A model generated the notes under the pieces. It ran no database searches. It saw only the letters and a program-made list of their open reading frames with translations, and was not told the origin of the DNA. 32,000 bases of DNA from Candidatus Nanohalobium constans (GTDB lineage Archaea > Nanohalarchaeota > Nanosalinia > Nanosalinales > Nanosalinaceae), in assembly GCF_009617975.1 (NCBI RefSeq), contig NZ_CP040089.1:390001-422000 (forward strand), read 5' to 3'. The translations under genes and the position numbers were made by a program. Of this stretch, positions 1-8,900 are shown piece after piece (within the stretch, counting starts at the first letter, position 1; every line of letters begins with the position of its first letter).

Positions 1-1
1 C

Positions 2-697
2 ATGGACCAAGCACCAATCGGAGACAGCATCGGACCAATGGTCGCAGCCAAACTAATCACAGAAGAACCAGAAGAAATCAGCGAAAACATCATGCACAGC
101 GAAGAAGAAATCAACGACCAAACAGTCCATGTAATCAAGTCAGATGGACCTGGTTCAAGATTAGGAAAGTACGGAGAAGCAATCGAAACACTAGCAGAAA
201 ACAACGAATTAGAAGCAGTAATCACAGTCGATGCAGCCGGCAAGTTCGAAGGAGAAGAAACCGGAGCAGTCAATGAAGGAGTCGGCGTCATGATGGGCGG
301 ACCAGGAGTCCAGAAAAGCCGGATAGAAGAAGTAGCGACAGAAGAAGAACTACCACTAGAAGGAATCGTCATCAAACAGTCCGCACCAGAAGCCAGCAAA
401 CCTATGAAAAGAGAAATCTACGACGCCTACAAACCAGCAGTCGAAAAAACCAAACAAGTAATCAACGAACACGAAGGAGAAGTAGCAGTAATCGGCGTCG
501 GAAACACCTGTGGAATACCCAACACAAGACAAGAAACCTCAGGAGTACACAACAAACTCCGGAAATACTGGGACGAATACGAAGAACAAGACGACGAAGA
601 CGTCAGCTACATGGGACTCATGTCAATGTTCGGCGGCGGACAAGCCGAAGAAATGCAGAACAAAGCAAAGTCAATGCTGTGGCGTTTGCCGCGGTGA
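2..697 (+). CDS. conserved acidic archaeal protein, tentatively DUF1512-like; 5' end probably lies outside the window
   Basis: The ORF is open to the left window edge, so the ATG at 2 may be internal. It ends at TGA 695-697. The 231-aa product is strongly acidic and contains VITVDAAGKFEGEETGAVNEGVGVMMGGPGVQKSRIEEVA. From memory this resembles the archaeal DUF1512 family; I cannot verify that without a search. The off-frame ORF 510-752 is rejected. Confidence 0.8.
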   Translation: MDQAPIGDSIGPMVAAKLITEEPEEISENIMHSEEEINDQTVHVIKSDGPGSRLGKYGEAIETLAENNELEAVITVDAAGKFEGEETGAVNEGVGVMMGGPGVQKSRIEEVATEEELPLEGIVIKQSAPEASKPMKREIYDAYKPAVEKTKQVINEHEGEVAVIGVGNTCGIPNTRQETSGVHNKLRKYWDEYEEQDDEDVSYMGLMSMFGGGQAEEMQNKAKSMLWRLPR

Positions 698-751
698 TTT
701 GATTCAATTTCCTTATCTTCTTTTATTTCTTTTAATTGAGTTTCACAACTG

Positions 752-760
752 ATTTAACAA
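752..760 (+). promoter_or_regulatory. TATA-like box for the DUF433 gene
   Basis: ATTTAACAA is centred 25 nt upstream of ATG 781. Confidence 0.4.
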
Positions 761-780
761 TAGAGAAACAATGTTAATTC

Positions 781-996
781 ATGGCCAGTACTGATGGAAT
801 AGAGGTCAATCCTGAGATTATGGCTGGCAAACCAGTTGTTAAAGGAACAAGAATACCCGTCTATGTGGTACTTCAAATGCTTGAAGAAGATACACAGATA
901 GAAGATATACTTGAAGCATACCCTGATTTAGAGAGAGAGAAGATGTACGAGCGTGCATTCGTTACGCCACAAAAAGAGTTCGGAGAGAAGAAGTAA
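781..996 (+). CDS. DUF433-family small HTH protein (antitoxin-like partner of DUF5615)
   Basis: 71 aa. The core GKPVVKGTRIPVYVVLQMLEED..IEDILEAYPDL matches the DUF433 signature (GKPxIxGTRIPV ... EIL..YP.L). A TATA-like box lies about 25 nt upstream, and a DUF5615-like reading frame follows immediately. Confidence 0.75.
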   Translation: MASTDGIEVNPEIMAGKPVVKGTRIPVYVVLQMLEEDTQIEDILEAYPDLEREKMYERAFVTPQKEFGEKK

Positions 997-1024
997 CTGA
1001 CTCTAAAACGGTGGCATAAAAACC

Positions 1025-1370
1025 TTGAAACTTCTCATAGATGAAAATATATCTCCAAAAACAGCAAATTTTTTGAAAAAACAGGGAAATGATGTCAAGT
1101 CAGTTAGAGATGTTAATCTAGGAAGCCAATGACAAAGAAGTAATAAAGCTAGCACTAAAAGAAGAAAGAACAATAATAACTCTAGATAACGACTTTGGAG
1201 AAATCTACTACTTCTCAAATGAGGAAAAACTCAAAGTATCTGTAATAAAACCAACCAAACAGAAAATACCAGTCATAAATGAGATTTTGAAGAATCAACT
1301 CTCAAAGATAAAAAATGAGGAATATGGTCTATTCATAATCAAAGAAGACCAGATCAGAAAGCTAAAATAA
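1025..1370 (+). pseudogene. DUF5615 / Mut7-C PIN-like toxin gene disrupted by a single-nucleotide frameshift
   Basis: Frame 2 from TTG 1025 reads (M)KLLIDENISPKTANFLKKQGNDVKSVRDVNLGSQ and stops at TGA 1130-1132. Frame 3 from 1122 continues EANDKEVIKLALKEERTIITLDNDFGEIYYFSNEEKLKVSVIKP...IRKLK to TAA 1368-1370. Joined, the two parts give the DUF5615 pattern (DENxSP ... RD.GL..A.D.E[IV]..A..E.R[IV][IL][IV]T.D.DFG). A frame-3 stop at 1119-1121 confines the indel to 1122-1129. Confidence 0.65.
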
Positions 1371-1515
1371 GAAGATGACCTCCCAAAATAGAGGAACTAC
1401 TGCTGTTAAAATCAAGAGCCAGAGAAGACTACACAAAAGAAAGCGATGTAGACCTAGAGAATCCCACGGTAAACACATATCCCTCCTTTTTTCCTCCAAT
1501 CCTTTTTACCAATGG

Positions 1516-1524
1516 TTTTTTTAA
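1516..1524 (+). promoter_or_regulatory. TATA-like box for the 867-aa secreted protein gene
   Basis: TTTTTTTAA is centred 27 nt upstream of ATG 1547. Confidence 0.4.
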
Positions 1525-1546
1525 CCGAGATAACCTTAACGTAGCT

Positions 1547-4150
1547 ATGCGCAACCTAAAGATACCACTACTTCTCACCCTGGCAATTCTACTCACAGTC
1601 ACAGCATCTTCAAAAATTGAGATCACTCCTTCCAATGGCGAAACACTAGAATATGGCGAAAACGTCCAACTAGAACTGGATGAGGACAGTATAGCTAATG
1701 AGATATATGTAACAGGTTGCAACTCCCAGATTAAACTTGGCTCAGGATTTCAGCCTAAACTGTTATATGAATTCAATATTCCTGAAGACCTTTCCTGCGG
1801 ACTTGGCGAACACACAATAACCGCCCACAGAACAGAGGATACCCAATCAAAGTACAAACTAGGAGAAGACACTATAGAAGTTACTTCTCCATCTAATACA
1901 CCTCATAGCGGATCCTACTTGTATATAAAATACAACAGTGATGGGGACGCCCAAATAACAGATGACACATTGCATTGGATGTTTTTATCAGACAATGAAT
2001 GGGAAAATAAAGACTCAGAAATTACTCCATCAATATTCTCAGCGCTTCCCCCCCAAATTGATAAAACGGGTTACGCCTTAATCATAGAAAAAGATGGTTT
2101 TTCTGGAGGAGGTAACGAAGGTGGCTTATTCCCATTTGGTAATGTGCCAGAGGATGACAGCAATCTCCCTAAATACATAAAAGGAAGAGTAGGAATCGAT
2201 GATTTTTTAACAGATATGCATGACCAGACATGTACTGATGATCAGAAAGATGTAGGAATCGAGGCAGGATCAAAGTCAAGATGTGGGGTAACAGAAGGAC
2301 AGTTAGCTGATGGAGATTCAAGAAATGATCCTTCATTAGTGGCCTACAGATTCCCCAATCCTGATGTGCAATGGTCATATAATTCTCCTCCTAGTGGAAT
2401 CGGTGAGGATGTAACTCCAATACACGATAACGGAGCATATGATACCCGTTCAGAAGTTATGATGGGGTATGAAGAAGTCCCAGCTGGAACTCAAAGCACG
2501 GAGCCAAGATTTTATATCTGTAGGGATACTATGGACGGAGAATCAGTCAACCGCTATCCAAGTACTGAATCAAAGTCAGAAATTTACAGGTGTGATGCAG
2601 GAGGTACCACTGACCTTATGGATTGGAGAGTAGGTGGTTCGAAATGGAGTGGCGAATGGGTGAAAGTAACTGAGTGTGAAGATGGAGTTGACAATAATGA
2701 CAACAATTACGTAGATACAAATGACCACCCCGCATGTTCAGGAACGTCCGATAAAACAGAAAGAGAAGCAGGACCTAGTGGAAATTGTGGATACCTTGGC
2801 TACACACAGGAAGGAAAAATAAAAATCAATTACACAAACAGCGAAAACGAATGTATCACAGAAAAACTACGTGATTTCAACCATGACGACAGCGGAAACC
2901 TGAAACAACCAGAAACATTCCGATGCGATGAAAGCAGGTCATCCAACGGAGAAGAAGACAGCTTCTGCACCACAGAACTAAAAGAACACGACGGCGACGT
3001 GAAAGTAGCAGAGTACTACCCAACAAAAGAACATATCGAAGCACAGTTCGGAACAAAAAAACTTGAAAACGGAGTGCCACTCGTCAACCTCCCACCTCAG
3101 ACCAACCAAGAACCATCAAAAGACTTCATAACAAACGAAAGATTCTACATATCAACAGCTGAACCAAAAGGATGGCAGACAGGACTACAAACACTTCACC
3201 AAGCAGAGAAAAAGTACTCAGAAACCAACCCTCACAGCCAACCAACATGGGATGTCAAAGGCATGAAAGTAACCCAGCCCTACGGAAACAACAATCCTTC
3301 AAACTACGAAGACGCGTGGGAAGTAGCAAACACTGGAACGAGCGACGGCGTCAAAAACAAGTCATTCCAAGGAGGTTTCCACGGAAACTGCGGCAGCGAA
3401 AAATGGAACCTGAAAGAAGGCACATGGCTATGCCCATCAGGACTACTCGACACATCAATCCAAGTAAACCTATTTGACAAAAGCCCCAGAGAAACCAACC
3501 ACTACGTCGGACTCGAACTACCGGCCCAAGAAGCACACAAATGGAGTCAACTACTGGGCGTACCAACAGCACCAGACTCATCGACAAACGGCATCAGCAA
3601 ACTACAGATCCGGGCAAACTGCTGGCAAGGCAAACCCGGTCAACGACCAGCAAACAACGACGATATCAAAACCGGGATCAAAAAAGTAGAAAACGCAGGA
3701 CCAAACTCAGACGAAACAAACATCCTCGCACTGAGACTCCCGGAAAACAGAGACTGGGGAGACAACAACAAAGCATTAGGCAGAGACCACTACACCTGCA
3801 ACTTCGGACTCCAACAACAAATCACAAGCTCAGACTACAAACCCACAGTCGACGACGTATTCACAAGCACCGGCAGCCTCATCGGAGAAATCACAGACTG
3901 CGACTCCGGAACATGCTACATCGTCGCCGGCAGCAACTCAATCAAACCAATCACAGTAAAAACAAACGAAAAACAACCCACCAACAACATACAAACAACA
4001 CTAGAAAAAGCAAACACAAACACACAAACCAACACACCCACAAACAACATCTTCAACACATACCCAGAAGGAGGAGGGCTTGCTGGAACTCAACCTAGAG
4101 ATCCTTTGGAAGTCTGTCAGAGGTTCCATGATTGTCCTGATTCACAGTAA
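1547..4150 (+). CDS. large secreted acidic Cys-rich protein (867 aa), function unknown
   Basis: N-terminal signal peptide MRNLKIPLLLTLAILLTVTASS. Many Cys residues. A CxDGxDNxD-type motif (CEDGVDNNDNNYVDTNDHPAC) occurs at 2675-2737. A Thr/Asn/Gln low-complexity linker sits near the C-terminus (about 3950-4070). A TATA-like box lies 27 nt upstream of the ATG. I see no C-terminal TM segment. Confidence 0.85.
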   Translation: MRNLKIPLLLTLAILLTVTASSKIEITPSNGETLEYGENVQLELDEDSIANEIYVTGCNSQIKLGSGFQPKLLYEFNIPEDLSCGLGEHTITAHRTEDTQSKYKLGEDTIEVTSPSNTPHSGSYLYIKYNSDGDAQITDDTLHWMFLSDNEWENKDSEITPSIFSALPPQIDKTGYALIIEKDGFSGGGNEGGLFPFGNVPEDDSNLPKYIKGRVGIDDFLTDMHDQTCTDDQKDVGIEAGSKSRCGVTEGQLADGDSRNDPSLVAYRFPNPDVQWSYNSPPSGIGEDVTPIHDNGAYDTRSEVMMGYEEVPAGTQSTEPRFYICRDTMDGESVNRYPSTESKSEIYRCDAGGTTDLMDWRVGGSKWSGEWVKVTECEDGVDNNDNNYVDTNDHPACSGTSDKTEREAGPSGNCGYLGYTQEGKIKINYTNSENECITEKLRDFNHDDSGNLKQPETFRCDESRSSNGEEDSFCTTELKEHDGDVKVAEYYPTKEHIEAQFGTKKLENGVPLVNLPPQTNQEPSKDFITNERFYISTAEPKGWQTGLQTLHQAEKKYSETNPHSQPTWDVKGMKVTQPYGNNNPSNYEDAWEVANTGTSDGVKNKSFQGGFHGNCGSEKWNLKEGTWLCPSGLLDTSIQVNLFDKSPRETNHYVGLELPAQEAHKWSQLLGVPTAPDSSTNGISKLQIRANCWQGKPGQRPANNDDIKTGIKKVENAGPNSDETNILALRLPENRDWGDNNKALGRDHYTCNFGLQQQITSSDYKPTVDDVFTSTGSLIGEITDCDSGTCYIVAGSNSIKPITVKTNEKQPTNNIQTTLEKANTNTQTNTPTNNIFNTYPEGGGLAGTQPRDPLEVCQRFHDCPDSQ

Positions 4151-4154
4151 ATTG

Positions 4155-4159
4155 TTTTT
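4155..4159 (+). terminator. oligo-T tract after the 867-aa gene (archaeal intrinsic-terminator-like)
   Basis: A TTTTT run begins 5 nt after stop codon 4148-4150, within the 39-nt convergent gap. Confidence 0.3.
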
Positions 4160-4189
4160 GAGAAAGATGGAGGGTTGGAAATAGGTGTT

Positions 4190-5749
4190 TTATGAGGTTG
4201 TTGCTGGGTAGCCTTGTTCCCAGTTCCAGTCTGGTTCTTCTCTCAGTTCGAAGTTCCAACCTTCTTCTGTTTCTTCTAAGTTGTCTATGATTACTGGATT
4301 ATCTACCTCATCATATCCTTCGTCCATGTATCTTTCATTGATGGCTAATTGTAGATCCATTCTGCCATGCGTTCCCAATGGATTGCCTTCTTGATCAACT
4401 TTGTCTCCCTGTTCATAACTGATTTCATCAATTTTATCGTGAATTTCTTCTGATGCAGGAACGAGCATCTCATCTGGTCTGTACTCAAAACCGTCACTAG
4501 TATTATGTCCGCCGGCAAATAGCTGGTACCCCATTAAAGCTGCACCAGACTCTGGAACATTCTCAGCCATATCAGATTCTCTTTCTCTCTCTTCTAATGA
4601 TTCCACATCGTGTGGTGGGAGTACTATGTGGTTCCAGCTGTTTCGGACTTCTTCCATTGTTCTTTTGTAGTCGACTTGTTCTCCGCCGTCTTCGCCTGGT
4701 GTGTGGGTGGCGTGGTTCATTGTTTCGTTGAGTGCGGCGTTGATGATTGCGTATTCGTTTTCTCCGGTGTCTGTGGTGTCTTCTGTTTCGACTTTGATTT
4801 CTGAGTATTGGAGTGTGGCTCCGGCTGTTTGGGTGTAGTTCATGTTGGAGAATACGTCGAAGTCCCATTGGTCTCCGTTTTTTTGTTCGAGTGTTTGGTG
4901 GAGTGCGGAGAGGATGTGGGTGTGGCGGTCTTCGTAGTTGTTGTTTTCTTGGTATTCTTGTGAGGCGGTTTCGAGTGCGTTTGCTATTGCTTGGTTTCTG
5001 CCGCCGTTTTCGATGCCTTCTTCGAGTGCGTTGTTGATGGCTTGGAAGCTTATGCTGGTGTTTTGTTGTGTGCCTTGTACTTCTTCGAGTATTTGGTCGT
5101 CTTCTCCGTGGATCCAGTTGAAGTAGTGTTCTCGCCCGGTCAGGTTTTCGTCTTCTTGTTGTGGTTCGGGTGTTACTGGTTCTTTCCGGGTCATTGTTGG
5201 TGTTTCTTCGGTTATGTTTTGTGGGGTGTTTGTTCTTGTGCCGTCTGGTGTGTATGTTGTTTCTTGTGTAGGTGTTACTTCTCTTCTTTCTGGTTCTTCG
5301 GTTACGTTTCCACTTTCTAGTATTGTTGTTCCGTATTGTGCGGCTGCGCTTGTTCCTCCTGTTCCTGCTAGTAGTCCTAGGCTTATTGCTGCTTTTCCTA
5401 GTGTTCTTCTGTCAGGGTTCATTTCCATTACTTGGTTTACTTGTTTGGCTTGTTTTTCGCCAAAGCCGGGTCCTATCATGGCTTTTCCTTCTTGAGGGGA
5501 GTATTCAAAGTCGTTGACGTGGTCAAACATTCCTTTTTCTGCTCTGTCTCTGAATTCTTCGTAGTCTAGGTTTACTATTGCTCCTTGTCCTGTTTCTTGT
5601 TTGAAGTCTTCGAATGTGTCGGCATCGGTGTCTTGTAGGAATTCTTGGAATTGGTCCATGTGGTCTTCTCCAAGCATAAAATTTGGTACGAGTCCGTCTA
5701 CTGCTGTTCCTACTTTTTGGAAGATGTCGTTTGGGTTTTCTGCTGACAT
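4190..5749 (-). CDS. acidic membrane-anchored protein (519 aa): N-terminal soluble domain, internal twin-arginine-like motif plus TM helix, large external domain
   Basis: Long ORF with an acidic, coding-like translation. Residues 108-137 read MEMNPDRRTLGKAAISLGLLAGTGGTSAAA (RR motif plus hydrophobic stretch). I recognise no family. It is divergent from the 1521-aa gene. Confidence 0.8.
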   Translation of the reverse strand: MSAENPNDIFQKVGTAVDGLVPNFMLGEDHMDQFQEFLQDTDADTFEDFKQETGQGAIVNLDYEEFRDRAEKGMFDHVNDFEYSPQEGKAMIGPGFGEKQAKQVNQVMEMNPDRRTLGKAAISLGLLAGTGGTSAAAQYGTTILESGNVTEEPERREVTPTQETTYTPDGTRTNTPQNITEETPTMTRKEPVTPEPQQEDENLTGREHYFNWIHGEDDQILEEVQGTQQNTSISFQAINNALEEGIENGGRNQAIANALETASQEYQENNNYEDRHTHILSALHQTLEQKNGDQWDFDVFSNMNYTQTAGATLQYSEIKVETEDTTDTGENEYAIINAALNETMNHATHTPGEDGGEQVDYKRTMEEVRNSWNHIVLPPHDVESLEERERESDMAENVPESGAALMGYQLFAGGHNTSDGFEYRPDEMLVPASEEIHDKIDEISYEQGDKVDQEGNPLGTHGRMDLQLAINERYMDEGYDEVDNPVIIDNLEETEEGWNFELREEPDWNWEQGYPATTS

Positions 5750-5904
5750 GGTTTAAGTTCTAAGCCTCTGTCTTGGCGCTGATTTTGTGGTTTTGCATAA
5801 TTTATTGTTTGTTTTCATGTTTTATAAATTCTTCGGTATTTTGTCACGGACTAGTGACATTCGTATCATGTCTTGTGTCATACAAAGGAGGATAACATAT
5901 TTGG

Positions 5905-8900
5905 ATGTATTCATTGGGTTGTAGCAAGAGGCAGGGGTTCGGTGGTTATTTATTTGAGTGGTCCGGTTTTGTGATCATGGATTTGTATAAAATCGGTGTT
6001 TTGTTGTTGAGTGTTGTTTTGTTGGCTGGTTTTTCAATTGGTTTTACTGGTTCTACAGGAAGTTATGATGGTGGAAGCGGTAGTGGTGGTGATGACGATT
6101 TTGGTGATGGTGGTGATGTTCCGGGTGATGGTAACAGTGGCAGTGATGATCCGAGTTTGAGTCCTGGTTCTTGTTATAATGATGCGGATGATGACAGTAG
6201 CGGGGTTTCTGATTTGGGTGATGTTGGCTGTGTTGGTCCGAAAGGTTTTGATGAAATAGAGGGAAATATTTGGGACAGTGATTTGACAACTACGTTAAGT
6301 GGGGAAGATCCGAGTTTGAGTGAGGATGAGTCTGTTTTCTTCGGTGGTTCTGTTTTCACAGGTAATGATTACAGTCCCAGTGAAAGAAGTGATTCTCGTG
6401 ATGGTAGCGGTGTTGTTGAACGTTTTATTGTTGATATGGGTAGTGAGGTAGGTACTTCTTTTGGTAATGCTGATAACCAGTTTTATGCTTATGGAAGGAG
6501 CGGTCAGAAGGAGCACTCTGGTTTTCCGGAAGGTACTGTTCTTCTTTCTGACCGGGTGATTGATTCTCCGAATCCTGGTATTGGGATTTCTGGCGTTGAT
6601 TCGGGCGATATTGTTGGTTCTGAGGATCGTTGCGGAGATGGTTATGAGACGGATGCTCTTTCCAAGTCCGGAGATGATGGTGTTAGTTCTGCTACTACTG
6701 ATTGCCGTGCGGATAATGGACGTGTTAAGGAGAAGTACGGTGTTTCAGAAAGTTCAAGTTATGAGGAGGAGCAGGAGGATGGAGATCAGTCCGGTTCTCA
6801 GACAGATGGCGGGCTTTACTGTAGGGATGATAATGAGGATAGTAGTGGTAATGATTTGGGATTGACTTGTACTGACGGTGAGGATGCTACCTGTGATGAT
6901 GGTGCAAGTATCTGTGGTTGTAGTGCTTCTTCCTCTACCAATAGCCCAGATGATGCGGTCTGTGATACTGCGGAGGATCATTCGGGTGATGAAGGTAATG
7001 ACTACTGGTATATACAAGGTGAGAGCTTGATTAAGGATTCCTGTGAGGTTGTGCAGAGTGATGTTACTTATGCAGAGGGTTCAAAGGGTTCTTCAGCAAC
7101 TTGTACTGATTATTCTCAAGTTACGCAGGGGGGTAGTTGTATGACTTGTTCAACAGCAGGTTCTACGACTTATCCTGGTGGAGAAGGTGCTGAGGTAACT
7201 GGAGATAACCGTGACTGGGTTAAGGACAATTCCGAGAACTGTAATGTTTATAATGTTGTAGACGGCGGTGGAGAGTCTGGAGGCAGCGATGAGGCGTTAT
7301 CAAAACCAGATAATGATGCTGCGGCCACGTTCACTGATTTTGAGGCTCATGAAGACTCTTCTTGGGGCTCGGATGGCAGGGTTTGGTGTGGTTATGAGTC
7401 TACTTTGACTGTTGATGCTGATGGTCCGCAAGGTAATGGTGACGGTTTTGCAGTGATCCATGATGGATCTGTAGTCGCAACTGAAAGCCCTGATGGTTCT
7501 GATAGTGTTGGTCAAAGCGTGTTTGTGAGCGATGGTTCAACTTCCAGTACTGGTAGGGATTATACGGACATGATTGAAAACGAGTTTAGCTGTGATAACG
7601 GTAAATCGAGCTGTCTTGTCTATGTGGACTTCCAGACAAGTGATTCGGGTTGGAGCACTCACACTCAGTCAAGAGACAATGCTATAGATGATGCCGTTGA
7701 AATAGATACTAGCGAATCATCTTTGCTTACGGCTGATGAGTCTTATTCTGTCTGTAAGAATATTAACAGGATTAATGAGAAGAATGGTAATGGTCAGGAT
7801 GAGTTGATTGATTGTGATTATGAAAGTAATAGGGATAGTGGTAGTTCTTATTCTTCTGATCATGATGTTTCTCCTTTGCCGGAGGCTTGTGGTGATGAGG
7901 AGTCTGAGCATTTGATTCAGTTTGAGGGTACTGAGGTTGATGAGGATGATGTTCAGAATACTAAAAGTACCAGTTCTCAGGTTAATGGTGATTTGGCTTT
8001 TGCTCAGAAATGTGTTGATTGGGGTGAGGATACCGGTGGCTTTGGTAATAGTTTATCGGCTGATGCCTGTGTTAGAAATGGTACTGCTTACAGCGAGGGA
8101 ACAGTAATTAACGTTGCAAGAGGCGGTGTTGAAACTGATTATGAGGAAGGAGGTGACTCTCCTGATTGGGAGGTCTGTGCAGATATTGGAGACAACGGCG
8201 ATGAGGGTGATGATCTTCCATGGGATAACGGTGAGGACAATGATCAATCTGCTAAGGATTATGGCGGAGAATGGTATGACCTTGACTCACAAAAGGTACA
8301 AGATTACGTAAGAAGCAATACAGGTATTTTACAGGATGATAGCAATGATTTAGGAAGTAATGGAGATCCACACAGATTATCTTTTTACTGGAGAGAAAAT
8401 CCAAATCCTTACCACTCTGATTACAATCCGCAAGGTGGAAAAGCTGGTACTGCATTAGAAGATGACTGCGGTCCGAATGTTGATTGTAATGATGAAGAAC
8501 TTCAATCCAGCAGTAATCCAAGCTTCTTTAACTTCTTGAATGATCCTGAGGGAACTCGTGATGAGGATTTCAGTCCTCAGGGAGGTAGTACGGAGGGAGG
8601 TATCTATGAAGCAGATTCGTTTTTCAATCCTCCAGGAAGGTTGAATAAGTTGCAGGAGGATACTGATCAGTTAGAGCCAGGTATGGATACGACATTCCCT
8701 CTCTTATCGGAAATAGATAAATGGAGTGATTCTATTGGAGGACGAGATGAGGCTGACATGTTTGCGTTGACGGAGAGTCTGTCCTGGAGTATCTCTAACA
8801 GGGGTGTGCCTTACAGCCCAGGCTCAGCACCTTACCATAAGGATTATTCAGGTTCTGAGAGATCAGATCCTCAGGACTCCTCAGTTTCTAAGGAAGATAA

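Noticed and set aside
1003-1722. Minus-strand ORFs 1003-1218 and 1429-1722.
   Set aside because: The first is antisense to the DUF5615 pseudogene frames. The second overlaps the promoter and signal-peptide region of the 867-aa gene. Both have hydrophobic low-complexity translations.
3950-4070. A nearly T/G-free ACA/AAC/CAA-rich tract that looks like a microsatellite or repeat array.
   Set aside because: It is in frame within the 867-aa ORF and encodes a Thr/Asn/Gln-rich linker. There is no repeat-spacer periodicity, so it is neither a CRISPR array nor a non-coding repeat.
3172-4098. Off-frame plus-strand ORFs (3172-3477, 3474-3689, 3541-4098) encoding extremely basic R/K/T/Q/H-rich peptides inside the 867-aa gene.
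   Set aside because: They lie in the T-poor A+C-rich block, where stop codons are rare in every plus-strand frame. The translations are low-complexity and unlike the acidic proteome, and the main frame has a clear signal peptide and continuity.
4150-4600. The switch from A+C-rich to G+T-rich composition on the + strand, considered as a possible replication origin or terminus.
   Set aside because: I see no ORB-like repeats, AT-rich unwinding element or orc1/cdc6 gene nearby. Similar polarity flips recur many times in the window, including inside ORFs, which a single origin cannot explain.
4572-5517. A stack of plus-strand ORFs (4610-4804, 4813-5037, 4938-5126, 4991-5320, 5214-5495, 5272-5517) and minus-strand ORF 4572-4868, all overlapping the 519-aa gene.
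   Set aside because: Their F/L/V/C/R-rich translations are typical of reading a G+T-rich strand. The A-poor sequence suppresses stop codons, and no promoter-like context is present.
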